This document shows positions 1 through 10,237 of a stretch of DNA of 64,000 nt, in pieces. The stretch spans positions 832,001 to 896,000 of the forward strand of contig OZ243938.1 in NCBI GenBank assembly GCA_965214095.1, written 5' to 3'. Numbering within the stretch: the stretch's first letter is position 1; the number at the start of each line of letters is the position of its first letter. The position numbers were made by a program, and so were the translations under genes. The notes under the pieces were generated by a model, which was not told where the DNA came from, did no database searches, and saw nothing but the letters and a program-made list of their open reading frames with translations. The DNA comes from Candidatus Poribacteria bacterium. GTDB taxonomy: Bacteria; Poribacteria; WGA-4E; WGA-3G.

Positions 1-590
1 ACTTTGCGTCCTTCAACGGTAAGAGTTCCTTGAGCGTACCACCTTATCACTTCAGGAAAAAGTTTGTGTTCTTCAATCTGTATTCGTTGGTGCAAACTTT
101 CTTCGTCATCTGTATGATAGACAGGAACTGTCCGTTGAGCAATTATTGGTCCAGTATCCATTTCTTCGTCCACAAAATGTACTGTAACACCTGTAACTTT
201 AACCCCGTAAGCCAATGTATCTGGAACGGCATTCGCACCGGGGAATGCCGGTAGCAGACTTGGATGAACGTTTATTATCTTATCACGATATTTTTGCACG
301 AATGGAGGTTGAAACAGTTTCATAAAACCTGCAAGCACAATGAGGTCAATAGCATAGTTGTCAATATGTCTTGAAATTTCAGCATCAAAATCTATGCGAC
401 TGTTGTAGTCCTGTGCTTTAACAATTTCTGTTGGGATACCAGCCTGTTCTGCTCGGGTGAGTGCAAAAGCTTTTGTACGATCGCTAATTACAAGAGCAAT
501 TTCTATTCCGCTGGTTGTGTCTTGATGTAATTGGTTGATTAAGGTTTGCAGATTTGTTCCACTACTAGAAACGAGGACAGCAATTTTCAC
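1..590 (-). CDS. purN: Phosphoribosylglycinamide formyltransferase (3' end runs off window)
   Basis: Not in the ORF track; translated by hand from GTG at 590 with GAGG upstream: KIAVLVSSSGTNLQ...LIVLAGFMK...IINVHPSLLPAFPG...GVKVTGVTVHFVDEEMDTGPIIAQ. Confidence 0.95.
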   Translation of the reverse strand, partial: MKIAVLVSSSGTNLQTLINQLHQDTTSGIEIALVISDRTKAFALTRAEQAGIPTEIVKAQDYNSRIDFDAEISRHIDNYAIDLIVLAGFMKLFQPPFVQKYRDKIINVHPSLLPAFPGANAVPDTLAYGVKVTGVTVHFVDEEMDTGPIIAQRTVPVYHTDDEESLHQRIQIEEHKLFPEVIRWYAQGTLTVEGRK

Positions 591-734
591 TTGTGTTGTA
601 ATACCTCATAATTATCAATCACGGTAAGATAAGACTTGTAGATAATCAAATAATTGGTCATGTAATCCACTAAATATACGATGGTATTAGACATTAGATC
701 GGAAACCTAATGTCTCACCATTGATTATCAGACT

Positions 735-2513
735 TTACTGATAAGACTGGTTAATCAAATTTCCATTTGGTATAGCGACCCATTCACCACCCGTCTTTAC
801 TGTGACTTGTTGCAAAAAACCATCTATAGTTCCGACAACACTGACAATCACATGTTTCTCTGCCAAATATTGAATCACACCATCATAAGACATTTTCCTG
901 GCAAGTGGTTCATCAGTAACTATGATTAGATGAGTCTGTGCTTCTGGACGTAGTTTAATCTTTCTCATTCCCTCATTAATTGCCTGTAAAAGGTCTTCAT
1001 TGTGCTTATATGGCAGCTCAAGGATTTTGCGTGTTTGCTCAAGTGTTTGAGGCGGATTATAGACATTGACCATATTGACAGAACCACGCATCCTAAATCT
1101 GACGACACCTATCTGATAGTCTATGAGTGAATTATCCCAATCACGAAACCAAAACTCCATTTGCGTTAAGAATGCTGAAGCTTTCTCTTCCATACTATTG
1201 CTTCCATCAATATACAAAACAATATCCACAGGAGAATTCTCTGCTTTTCTCAGTACTAACTTTCCAATCTTTTGCAGGTCTGTCCATTTTGCATTCTTGA
1301 GGTATTGTGATTTTCCTTTATCAGTGATTGGTGTATTTTGTCGTGATAGTTGGGTCCTCTTTGGGTTTTCAGGGATGGCATGCCATCTTCCGTCAGTTCT
1401 TACAGCAAGCAATTGATGTTTATCATCAGGAAGACCAAGTATATTTACAAAAATACCAAATTCACGACACAGATCTATAACTCCTCGGACAGTTTTCCCT
1501 TCAATACTTGTTAATGGCTCATCCGTAACTAGAATAAGATGTTTCTGTGATGTAGGTCGAAACTTCATTTCAGAGACAGTTTTTTCAATGGCATCTAAAG
1601 CATTTTCGTCTTTACCAACCATAATGGCATTTATATTGCGTTTGTATTCATTTAGATTATTGGTCAATTGCGTGACTTCTATATTATTTACTTTTACATC
1701 TGCTTTTGTATTGAATTTTGTTAAGCCTAATTGGTAATCTATGTCTGAAGATTTGTATACATCTATCATTTCTGACAAATGATTGGCAACAGCGTTGATA
1801 TTATCTCCCATACTACCACTGGCATCAATGACAAAAACGACATCAATGGGACCACCATCACTTGTTTCAGCAATTTCCTCACCCAGTGTGTTCATTACAT
1901 TACTAAATGTTACTTTCGGTAATTCTGGTTTGGTTTCATATAGGTCACCTATATCAGTAGGTTCATCACCCTCTCCACCTATCTGACCAGCAATGTCAAG
2001 CGTTGAACGGACAGGTGTTCGTTGAACACCAAATTCACCAGTTCGTTTTGAACCGAGCGAATCTCCAAAGGTGGCCTGAGCAGATTCTACAGTTGACAAC
2101 CCTTCTTCAACTTGTCGGAGTTTATTGAGCGCAGTACTAACATTAACATCAATATCAGGCGCAGTCTTTGTATTTTCAAGACGGGGTTGTTCGGTAATAA
2201 TAGGTGCTGGATTTTCAAGTCTTTGTTTAACAGTAATTTTGGGTGTGATTGCTTCTATTTGTGACTGAGGCATTTTAGTTACTTCATATACACTGGTTTC
2301 TCGCTGTTGTAGCTTAGGTGCTTTCATCTTCGACAAAGGTTGTTTCGGCACTGTTGTTATACTTACATCAAGACGATCCTTAAATGTTAACAATGCTTGC
2401 TCATTAACCGTAAAATAAAAGAATGTAATAATTAGAAGAATATGGAGAACCATTGAGATCAATAATGCTCTATGTGTTATTGTTTTGATGTGTCGTTTGG
2501 TAAAATATTTCAT
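735..2513 (-). CDS. Membrane-anchored protein with two von Willebrand factor A domains
   Basis: N-terminal TM helix (ALLISMVLHILLIITFFYF), low-complexity stalk, two MIDAS motifs DVVFVIDASGSM and DIVLYIDGSNSM, each with a later ILVTDE/IIVTDE. Confidence 0.85.
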   Translation of the reverse strand: MKYFTKRHIKTITHRALLISMVLHILLIITFFYFTVNEQALLTFKDRLDVSITTVPKQPLSKMKAPKLQQRETSVYEVTKMPQSQIEAITPKITVKQRLENPAPIITEQPRLENTKTAPDIDVNVSTALNKLRQVEEGLSTVESAQATFGDSLGSKRTGEFGVQRTPVRSTLDIAGQIGGEGDEPTDIGDLYETKPELPKVTFSNVMNTLGEEIAETSDGGPIDVVFVIDASGSMGDNINAVANHLSEMIDVYKSSDIDYQLGLTKFNTKADVKVNNIEVTQLTNNLNEYKRNINAIMVGKDENALDAIEKTVSEMKFRPTSQKHLILVTDEPLTSIEGKTVRGVIDLCREFGIFVNILGLPDDKHQLLAVRTDGRWHAIPENPKRTQLSRQNTPITDKGKSQYLKNAKWTDLQKIGKLVLRKAENSPVDIVLYIDGSNSMEEKASAFLTQMEFWFRDWDNSLIDYQIGVVRFRMRGSVNMVNVYNPPQTLEQTRKILELPYKHNEDLLQAINEGMRKIKLRPEAQTHLIIVTDEPLARKMSYDGVIQYLAEKHVIVSVVGTIDGFLQQVTVKTGGEWVAIPNGNLINQSYQ

Positions 2514-2525
2514 AATTCCACCTCA

Positions 2526-3050
2526 TCAGCGTATTTTTAGTGTGCGTTTTGGTTCCGGCTGCAATATTACCTCGAATGCAACCAATCTTTCTTGTTCTTT
2601 TATGGATTCTGTATTGAATTGTGAAAAAAGGTTCAGTTTTTCAATCTTTGGAGAGTAGAGCGTAGCACCGACCATGGTAAATACGGCTACAAAAAATCCC
2701 AGAATATAATATGAATTGTAGGCACGGATATTCCCTCTCATCCATCCTTGACATCTGTCAACAAATGAACCGAGACGGTTGAATAGTGCCAGTCTTTTTC
2801 TGTGAACCGTATTCATTGAATTTACACGCGACATAACATTTGTTAACAGACTCTCTGAAGCCTTGACTGGTTCAACATTATGCAGGAAAGTCTGTGTCCG
2901 CTGTAGTTCAGCATAGTTTGAGTTACATACTGAGCATCGCTTCAAATGCCAGCGAATAGTGTGATTTTTCCACGGGGGGAGTTCTCTGTCATAATACGCT
3001 GACAGTTGTGCTTGAATATTATTGCATTCGTTTATTTTAACTTTTGGCAT
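2526..3050 (-). CDS. Zinc-binding (zf-HC2/ZAS) transmembrane anti-sigma factor
   Basis: C...LSAYYDREL...HLKRCSVC (HxxxCxxC), one TM helix; overlaps the stop of the sigma gene. Confidence 0.88.
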   Translation of the reverse strand: MPKVKINECNNIQAQLSAYYDRELPPWKNHTIRWHLKRCSVCNSNYAELQRTQTFLHNVEPVKASESLLTNVMSRVNSMNTVHRKRLALFNRLGSFVDRCQGWMRGNIRAYNSYYILGFFVAVFTMVGATLYSPKIEKLNLFSQFNTESIKEQERLVAFEVILQPEPKRTLKIR

Positions 3051-3636
3051 TGATGTTCTCTCCTATTCCAGCCTTCAATAGAAGTTTTTTCATATTTTGG
3101 CGTGCACGGTGAATTAAGGATTTTACTGCTCCAACAGAACAATTTAATATGACCGATATTTCATCATAACTTAACTCTTGATATGTAACTAAGGTTAACG
3201 CTAAACGTTGACTTTCTGGTAGTTGGTTCAACGTTTTCTTTATCAATAGTTGTTGTTCTTTCTTTTCATAGAGGATATCCGGTTGAAATCTTGTGTCTAT
3301 CATATATTCTGAGTGGTAGACATCTTCATTCTCATCAACCATGTCTTCCAGAAAATATGTTTTTCTTCGTCCCCGATTACGTAATTCGTTCTTTGACAGA
3401 TTGGTAGCAATTGTATATAACCAACTTTTGAAGGTAGATTTTGGTTCATAACGACTTGCACTCTTAAAGACTCGTAGGAACGTCTCCTGTGCTAAATCCT
3501 CAGCACGATGATAGTCATTTATCGTAAAGTTGATATAGTTGACAAGAGCATCTTGGTGCCTCCTGACAAGCAGTTCAAATGCACTCATATCCCCTTTACG
3601 GCATTCTAACATCAAATCTTCGTCTGTAACTATCAT
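3037..3636 (-). CDS. ECF RNA polymerase sigma factor (SigW/RpoE-like)
   Basis: Region 2 AEDLAQETFLRVF...FKSWLYTIATN; region 4 LPESQR...SYDEIS..L..SVGAVKSLIHRAR; ATG at 3636 preferred, alternative TTG at 3648. Confidence 0.93.
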   Translation of the reverse strand: MIVTDEDLMLECRKGDMSAFELLVRRHQDALVNYINFTINDYHRAEDLAQETFLRVFKSASRYEPKSTFKSWLYTIATNLSKNELRNRGRRKTYFLEDMVDENEDVYHSEYMIDTRFQPDILYEKKEQQLLIKKTLNQLPESQRLALTLVTYQELSYDEISVILNCSVGAVKSLIHRARQNMKKLLLKAGIGENINAKS

Positions 3637-3672
3637 GATATATTCCAAATATTATTTGCAGATCCATGCAAA

Positions 3673-4275
3673 CTACTCTTCGTTAGAAACATTAGTTTCA
3701 TCTGACAAATTTTGTCTTGTAGGTTTCAATTTCAGTCGCATTGCCGTCTTAAACGCTTTCACTGCCTCATTACGTTTACCTTGAAGTGAATAAACTGCAC
3801 CGAGTTCTGAATGTAATTCTGGTCTGTTTGGTATCAACCGAATAGCACGTTCATATACTTCAATTGCTTTGTCATAACGTTTTAATACCCGATAGGTTGC
3901 TGCTAAATTGATATACACATCCAGTCCCAAAGGTTCACAAACAATTGCCATTTTATAGGCATCAATTGCTTTTTCGTAGTCTTCTAACATAAAGTAAGCC
4001 AAGCCGAGATGGAAATGTGCTTCAGCGGAATCCTTATTATGTTGAATTACAGTGAGAAATTCATCAATAGCCTTGTTAAAGTTGTGTGCCTTTAATGCAT
4101 CTGCTCCCAGTTGCAAATGTTTGGCAACTGTTTCCTGAACGTGTATATCTAATCGTCCACGTTGTATAAATCTATTCTTTAATGTCTCTGAAGAAATAGC
4201 GGAATCATCGCGTGTAAGATTGGAGTTAATGGCACCATCTTGATGATTTTTCTCAATTTTACTGTCTTTCATCAT
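3673..4275 (-). CDS. Tetratricopeptide repeat protein
   Basis: Repeated AEAHFHLGLAY / VYINLAATY / LHSELGAVY TPR motifs. Confidence 0.88.
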   Translation of the reverse strand: MMKDSKIEKNHQDGAINSNLTRDDSAISSETLKNRFIQRGRLDIHVQETVAKHLQLGADALKAHNFNKAIDEFLTVIQHNKDSAEAHFHLGLAYFMLEDYEKAIDAYKMAIVCEPLGLDVYINLAATYRVLKRYDKAIEVYERAIRLIPNRPELHSELGAVYSLQGKRNEAVKAFKTAMRLKLKPTRQNLSDETNVSNEE

Positions 4276-4380
4276 AATAACCCATTAACTCGTCTACCAA
4301 TATCCTTATTGTTTTAACACCTATCTTCTAAAAAAGTAACAGTTTTCTTGACTCAACATTTAGTTTGAAAGGAAGTTAAT

Positions 4381-5265
4381 TTAGTAAGCGATACGAAAAC
4401 CAATTACAAACTCAGCATAGTTCTTACTGAAAAAATCGTAACTGATGCATGTGCTATAATCGTGACTATAATACCACGCGCCTCCACATGCAACACGAAA
4501 GATTTGATTGTCATCATAAGGTGTATCTGTCCATTCCCACACATTTCCAACTATATCAAAACAACCAAACGGACTCATTCCATCTTTAAATGTCCCAACG
4601 GGTGTTGTACCATCTGCACCGAGTTCGACTGTGTTACATCTGGGTTTGTCTATTTCGTATCCCCATGGGAATAACCTATCATCTTTTCCGCGTGCAGCAT
4701 ATTGCCATTCAGGAAACGATGGTAGTCTTCCACCAACATATTTTGCATACTCTTCTGCATCCTCACAACTCACCCAAGCAATAGGATGATCCCCTTTATG
4801 TCCATATATTTCATAATTAAGTGTCTGACTTTCTGTCCAATCCTTTGGTGGTGTGTATCCAGTGTCCTCAATAAACCGAAGATATTGAGCGTTGGTTACA
4901 GGATAAACCCCGATCTGAAAAGCATCAATTTCTATTGATTCACACTCTTCACCAATCAAGGCAGTTCCTTTAGGTATAGATACCATAGCATCTAAAACCT
5001 GTAGTGCAGCATCCCGAACTGCTGTATCAGTATGGGAAAGGGCATGTCCCAACGAAGATATTATCTCACCGATTGGAGGCGTTGTGAGTTGTGGAACATT
5101 TTCCCAACCTAAATCTATGCTCAGCAACAATCTGATTGCATCATCAAGTGAGTCGTCATAGTGCCAAGTCCAATAATCCTTAAGAAGAGTTTGAAGAGCA
5201 TCTTGTGTATTGCTTTCAAGCAGTGAAAGTCGGGATTCCTTTGGTTTTTTGACATCTAATAGCAT
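4381..5265 (-). CDS. FGE-sulfatase (SUMF1-like) domain protein with N-terminal HEAT-like helix
   Basis: YPVTNAQY..F, HPIAWVS..DA..YA...GGRLPS..EWQYAARG, FPWG, DIVGNVWEW, GFR; VRDAALQVL HEAT-like motif. Confidence 0.85.
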   Translation of the reverse strand: MLLDVKKPKESRLSLLESNTQDALQTLLKDYWTWHYDDSLDDAIRLLLSIDLGWENVPQLTTPPIGEIISSLGHALSHTDTAVRDAALQVLDAMVSIPKGTALIGEECESIEIDAFQIGVYPVTNAQYLRFIEDTGYTPPKDWTESQTLNYEIYGHKGDHPIAWVSCEDAEEYAKYVGGRLPSFPEWQYAARGKDDRLFPWGYEIDKPRCNTVELGADGTTPVGTFKDGMSPFGCFDIVGNVWEWTDTPYDDNQIFRVACGGAWYYSHDYSTCISYDFFSKNYAEFVIGFRIAY

Positions 5266-5286
5266 GTTTATTCTATCGTCTTAACG

Positions 5287-6612
5287 CTATGTCTTCTTTA
5301 ACTTTGGTATTGGAAATGGAACTTCAACCATTTGTAAATGTTGCTTCGCGAAGAATTCTTTGAGATCTTCAGTATATTCTGGCATTGAATCTTGATCAAC
5401 AATCTGAAACAATTCACGTCCAATATGCGAAAGTGCTACACCCGATACCCTGAACTCATTTGAGCTAATATTCCAATCTAGCATTGGATGTAAGACCCAA
5501 TGTTTACCTTGGTAGCGAAAAGAGATTAGTATTGTATTGTTTTGATTGACTATACACAAATTATAATCTCTCCAAGAGTTATAATCAGATATAATAAGAT
5601 CAAAAGCGTTTAGTAAATTGAGTTGGTCAAATCCAAGTCCATATTTTTGTAGTGAATTCGAACCGGCATTACCACTGAGAGAGGGGACTCTTATATCAAT
5701 TATATGATTAATGTTTGATATTCCGAGGACTAAACACACACTACACAGTTTCTTGAACAGTGATGCGATATTCTGATCCAATTCACCGAGAGCCTTCACT
5801 GTCTTAAATGAAAAAGAACCTGGTTTCTGAATTTCTCCAGCTAAGATACGAGCAAAACGACGTTGCATTTCTTCACCACTTTTTTGGCTTGCCTCTTTCT
5901 CAAAAATGTTAAACCAATCATCATCAATAGTCTTTTCTTGATTTATACTTTCTGTTTGAATTTTTGAATCTTCAGATTGTTCCTCCATGTTTTCATTGAT
6001 TGCACGATTTTTTGAATTGTTTAATTCCGTGTTTTTAAGTATATCTGCGGCAAGACCTAAGATTCTTTCAAGGTTGTACTGTTCTCTAAGTATTTTCTTA
6101 GCAAATGTGTTTGATGCTCTTTGGGGAAACTCAGGGTCAACTTTTATTTCTTTAATAATCTGTGCATTAACAACTTCAGTAATTTTTATGCGAGCTTCCG
6201 ATTCTGCGCGTTTTTCTGTTGATCTTCGTTCAAGTGCACCAACAGGAACGTCAATTAAAGCAGAACCTAATCTATCAAGAGCCTTAAACAAGTTCTTTCT
6301 AATCGGAGCAGGTATAGCTTGATCTAGAATAAGATCCGAGGTAGCACTGAGCGCAGTGTTTGTCGCACTCTCTATAGATGCAGGTATATTAGGTTTAGGT
6401 TCATCAGACACAATTATATCTTGTTTTTGCTCCGCTTTTTCAAGCTCATCAGGAGGCTGATTCTTACCTGATTTGAGATTAACTTCAAAATCAACTTCAT
6501 GAGTCTCTTCTAAATAATCGGTAAGACTATGTGTATCCCAAAACTCACCAATTTCTTCTGGCGTCGCATCAGGTGACGGCATTGGATCTCGTTTTCTACT
6601 TTTTTCTACCAT
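5287..6612 (-). CDS. CopG/BrnA-type antitoxin N-terminus fused to DUF2806-like domain
   Basis: N-terminal EEIGEFWDTHSLTDY..V.FEV; later IDDDWF..F...AS..S.EEMQ..FARILAGEI.KPGSFS; overlaps the toxin stop. Confidence 0.7.
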   Translation of the reverse strand: MVEKSRKRDPMPSPDATPEEIGEFWDTHSLTDYLEETHEVDFEVNLKSGKNQPPDELEKAEQKQDIIVSDEPKPNIPASIESATNTALSATSDLILDQAIPAPIRKNLFKALDRLGSALIDVPVGALERRSTEKRAESEARIKITEVVNAQIIKEIKVDPEFPQRASNTFAKKILREQYNLERILGLAADILKNTELNNSKNRAINENMEEQSEDSKIQTESINQEKTIDDDWFNIFEKEASQKSGEEMQRRFARILAGEIQKPGSFSFKTVKALGELDQNIASLFKKLCSVCLVLGISNINHIIDIRVPSLSGNAGSNSLQKYGLGFDQLNLLNAFDLIISDYNSWRDYNLCIVNQNNTILISFRYQGKHWVLHPMLDWNISSNEFRVSGVALSHIGRELFQIVDQDSMPEYTEDLKEFFAKQHLQMVEVPFPIPKLKKT

Positions 6613-6883
6613 AATATGTTCGTTCCTTCTTATTCATATCTCTTGCACTGATAATCAAAGCCCGATGTTTTGGTTTTAGAATAAAATAAACAACGAGATA
6701 ACGACCTTCATTCGTCTGACCCATCGCTGAATACACATCTTCACCGGATTGCTTGCCTTTGGATACAAACCGAAAATGTGGACGATTACTTAATACTTCT
6801 TCAACTTCTGTTGTTTTTACACCATGTTTGCTTGCTAATTTTTCAATAAATTGTGATAACCATATTACCTCATTAATCTGCAA
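6596..6883 (-). CDS. BrnT-family (DUF497) ribonuclease toxin
   Basis: W....EKL..KHGV...EVEEV...GQTNEGRYLVVYF...IISARDM..KER..Y; TTG start with AGGA upstream. Confidence 0.88.
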   Translation of the reverse strand: MQINEVIWLSQFIEKLASKHGVKTTEVEEVLSNRPHFRFVSKGKQSGEDVYSAMGQTNEGRYLVVYFILKPKHRALIISARDMNKKERTYYGRKK

Positions 6884-7004
6884 ATTTCGTTCCTATTTCT
6901 TGAGTTGTTAAAGATTTGATCTACTTATAATATTATATATGAATTATAACACTTTTTCCTCTATCATGCCATATAATGCAATGTTGTAATAAACAAATAT
7001 GTTA

Positions 7005-8078
7005 TTATGGAACTAACTGCACCTTTATTGAATCCGTGCCTTTCTGCACCATTTCAAAAGCAGTCTGAAAATCCTCTAACCCAAATTGATGCGTAACAAT
7101 CTGACTCACATCAATTTTCCCACTATAAATATAGTCAATAGCAAGTGGATATGTATATGGACCTAAATGAGACCCATGAATATTCAATTCTTTTGTATCG
7201 CCAATGATAGTCCAATCCACAGTTACCGGTTCACGCATCACACTAAACTCAACGAAAGTACCTGCCTTTCGTATCATGTGCAGACCTTGTTCAACAGCCA
7301 TGGGGTGTCCCGTTGCTTCAATATAGACATCACACCCATAACCTTCAGTCAAGTCTAACACTTCCTGAACAACATCTGTTTCTGTTGGGTTTAAGATTAT
7401 ATCTGCTCCTAATTTCTTGGCGACTTCTAATCGTGTATGAATTAGGTCAACTGCAATCAGTAAGCTTGGATTTTTCAACTTTGCTGCACCTATCATACCT
7501 AAACCGAGTGTGCCTGCTCCAGCAACAACGACAACGTCACCCAATTCTATGTTCCCACGCTGCACTGCGTGTATTGAACATGCAAGGGGTTCTATCATCG
7601 CTGCGTTTGATTTGGGCATATCTGATGGCACTTTGTGAACAAGGGATTGCGCAGGAAACTTCATATATTCAGACATGCCACCGTTGACAACAGGCTGGAA
7701 ACCGTAAATGTTATGAACTTGACATAACCAATACTTCCCAGTTCGGCAATATCGACAATTCCAACACGGTACGATTTGTTCAGCAATTGCAGTATCACCA
7801 AGTTTCAGACCGTGTTTTTCTCCTGCATCTTCACCGAGTTGCACTACTTGACCAATAAACTCATGTCCTGCTATGACAGGAGTTTCAACATAAGGCTTCC
7901 TATGTTCATCACCCCAGAATAGTGGGGCACCCGTGTAACACTTTATATCACTTGCACATACACCGCATGAGTCAACTTTGATAACGACTTCACCAGGACC
8001 AGCGTTAGGTGTTGGCACTTCCTGAAGTCTATAATCAAGAGGCGCATGACAGACAATGGCATGCATTGTATTTGACAT
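7005..8078 (-). CDS. Zinc-dependent polyol dehydrogenase (erythritol/L-threitol dehydrogenase-like)
   Basis: CGVCASD, GHEF, structural Zn CWNCRYC...C, GAGTLG; exact substrate is inferred. Confidence 0.85.
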   Translation of the reverse strand: MSNTMHAIVCHAPLDYRLQEVPTPNAGPGEVVIKVDSCGVCASDIKCYTGAPLFWGDEHRKPYVETPVIAGHEFIGQVVQLGEDAGEKHGLKLGDTAIAEQIVPCWNCRYCRTGKYWLCQVHNIYGFQPVVNGGMSEYMKFPAQSLVHKVPSDMPKSNAAMIEPLACSIHAVQRGNIELGDVVVVAGAGTLGLGMIGAAKLKNPSLLIAVDLIHTRLEVAKKLGADIILNPTETDVVQEVLDLTEGYGCDVYIEATGHPMAVEQGLHMIRKAGTFVEFSVMREPVTVDWTIIGDTKELNIHGSHLGPYTYPLAIDYIYSGKIDVSQIVTHQFGLEDFQTAFEMVQKGTDSIKVQLVP

Positions 8079-8105
8079 TTGAACAGATCTCTGGGTATAT
8101 GTGTT

Positions 8106-8888
8106 TTATGCAGCTTTGCTTTGAATGAGTCGTTTCCGAGCACTTGCTCGTGCAATACCAACATCAAGATTAATATGTCTTTCTTCGGTCATACCAAGAT
8201 TAATTGCATGTGCTGTATCAAGGTTGAATCCCCACTCAATCCATTCAGGCATGTCTTCTTCTGGAATATCACCTGCCACGACTACCTTCATAATGCTAAT
8301 ACCTTTTCCGAGATTGTATGCACGTTCAATGTATTCCAAATGCTTATCTAACGTGCCACCTTCTAACATTCTACCCTCTTTATTAGCAGTAGTTAGAATG
8401 ACATCAATTTCAGGATGATCTATAACTGCATCCATGACAGGACCTGTGTATACATGTGTTGAACAGCCGATGACACGAACTTTGCCTGCTGCTTTTGCCT
8501 CGCGAAAAGCGTTAAATGCGCCTTCACGTTCACGGTTCAATAAATCATCAGGTGATGAGATTGCATGAAGCAACATCACATCAATATAATCTGTTTGCAA
8601 TTCCTTTAATGCTTTGTCAATACTGGCTGCTGCACTGTCGTGTTCCTTCACAGCCGTTTTCGTCTGAATTACGATTTCGTCTCTGTTAATCTGACGTACT
8701 GCTTCACCGAGGTGAGGTTGTGTGCCATAGCCTTCGGCTGTATCCCAGAAAGTAACACCTTCGTCAAGTGCTTTCAACATCATTTTAGCACCTGCTTCAA
8801 TAGTCTTACAAGTATCCTGTAGACGACCAGCACCGTAACATAGACGTGAGATTTCCAAACCGGTTTTGCCGTAATTTAAGTATTCCAT
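8106..8888 (-). CDS. Aldo/keto reductase
   Basis: MEYLNYGKTGLEISRLCYG, FWDTAEGYG, LQTDYIDVMLLH; ATG at 8888 with GGAGG RBS. Confidence 0.9.
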   Translation of the reverse strand: MEYLNYGKTGLEISRLCYGAGRLQDTCKTIEAGAKMMLKALDEGVTFWDTAEGYGTQPHLGEAVRQINRDEIVIQTKTAVKEHDSAAASIDKALKELQTDYIDVMLLHAISSPDDLLNREREGAFNAFREAKAAGKVRVIGCSTHVYTGPVMDAVIDHPEIDVILTTANKEGRMLEGGTLDKHLEYIERAYNLGKGISIMKVVVAGDIPEEDMPEWIEWGFNLDTAHAINLGMTEERHINLDVGIARASARKRLIQSKAA

Positions 8889-9078
8889 TGATGCCTCCAC
8901 TTTTAGAAATGTTGTAGAGTGTCTTACAAAAATGTAGAAAGAGAACCATTCTAATATTCTATACATTACCCGATTTCTATGAAAAAAGCAATACATTTTT
9001 GTTGCAACCAATCAGTTTTATATGTATCATTTTACTGATGTCTAATCAGCATAATACAAGAGAGAAAACAGTTACAAA

Positions 9079-10218
9079 ATGAAGATTAATGCATACAAAA
9101 TCTTTGATCATAAACCAATTGAAATAACATTTGAAGACAACCGCATTCATTCAATTAAAAAAATAGAGTCAACTGATAGTGAGATGTGGATTGCGCCTGC
9201 GCTTGTGGACATACAGGTCAACGGTTTTGCTGGATATGACCTGAACGTCTCAACTGTAACTGCATCTGATGTGATTGAGATGGTTCATTCACTATGGCGT
9301 GTAGGCACTGGTTTTTTATGTCCCACAATTGTAACAGCATCGTTTGCGGACATAAGCAATTCTATCACGGCAATTGTGGAAGCATGTCAATCGGATTCAG
9401 CAGTTGCAAATGCAATCATTGGTATCCATCTTGAAGGTCCTTATATCTCTGCAGCGGATGGACCGAGAGGTGCACATCCGCTACAACATGTAAGAAAACC
9501 GAATTGGGATGAATTTTGTAGATTTCAAGAGATAGCAGAAGGAACAATACGTATTGTAACACTTGCACCAGAAATAACAGGTGCATTACCATTTATTGAA
9601 AAACTGGTTGCAGAAAACATTGTTGTTTCAATAGGACACACTGATGCTTCGCCGGAGCATATCAGAGAGGCAATCAGTGCAGGTGCGAAACTCTCCACAC
9701 ATCTTGGTAACGGGGCACACTCACGGATACAACGTCATCCGAACTATATTTGGGAGCAACTCGGGGCAGATGAACTATGGGCAAGTCTTATCGTTGATGG
9801 ATACCACCTTCCACCATCTGTCGTCAAGTCAATGATCCGTGCGAAAACACTGGAGCGATGCATTCTGATAAGTGATGCTACAGCTTTAGCAAGGATGCCA
9901 TCTGGAGAGTATGAGTTTGCTGGTCAAGCCGTCAAATTAACTGCTGATCGGAAAATTCATTTATTGGGAACTGAATACCTCGCGGGTTCTGCTATTGAGT
10001 TAGCAATTGGCATAGAAAACGCTGTAAGAATAGCAGGAATATCATTGTCAGAAGCGATTTCTTTAGCAACTTTACAACCACTAAAATTATTGAGGGTAGA
10101 GAAAGATGATTGTAAAATAGGTGATGATTTTATTCTGTTTGATTGGAATTCAGATAGATGTAAAATGAACTTGAAAATGACAGTAATGAATGGACAGGTG
10201 GTATTCAATGATATATAA
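9079..10218 (+). CDS. nagA: N-acetylglucosamine-6-phosphate deacetylase
   Basis: PALVDIQVNG, GIHLEGPYIS...RGAH, TLAPE, GHT, THLGNG, IVDGYH, LISDA, LAGS. Confidence 0.88.
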   Translation: MKINAYKIFDHKPIEITFEDNRIHSIKKIESTDSEMWIAPALVDIQVNGFAGYDLNVSTVTASDVIEMVHSLWRVGTGFLCPTIVTASFADISNSITAIVEACQSDSAVANAIIGIHLEGPYISAADGPRGAHPLQHVRKPNWDEFCRFQEIAEGTIRIVTLAPEITGALPFIEKLVAENIVVSIGHTDASPEHIREAISAGAKLSTHLGNGAHSRIQRHPNYIWEQLGADELWASLIVDGYHLPPSVVKSMIRAKTLERCILISDATALARMPSGEYEFAGQAVKLTADRKIHLLGTEYLAGSAIELAIGIENAVRIAGISLSEAISLATLQPLKLLRVEKDDCKIGDDFILFDWNSDRCKMNLKMTVMNGQVVFNDI

Positions 10219-10237
10219 AACGTTGAAGTTAAATATG

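Noticed and set aside
30-254. 74-aa plus-strand ORF
   Set aside because: It is antisense to purN.
4381-5265. True formylglycine-generating enzyme serving the sulfatase-like gene
   Set aside because: The canonical catalytic Cys motif is absent, and the sulfatase-like protein has Thr, which is not an FGE substrate.
8889-9011. N-terminal extensions in the ORF track (also 21433, 28999, 32773, 51530)
   Set aside because: Downstream ATGs match the family N-termini and mostly have better RBSs.
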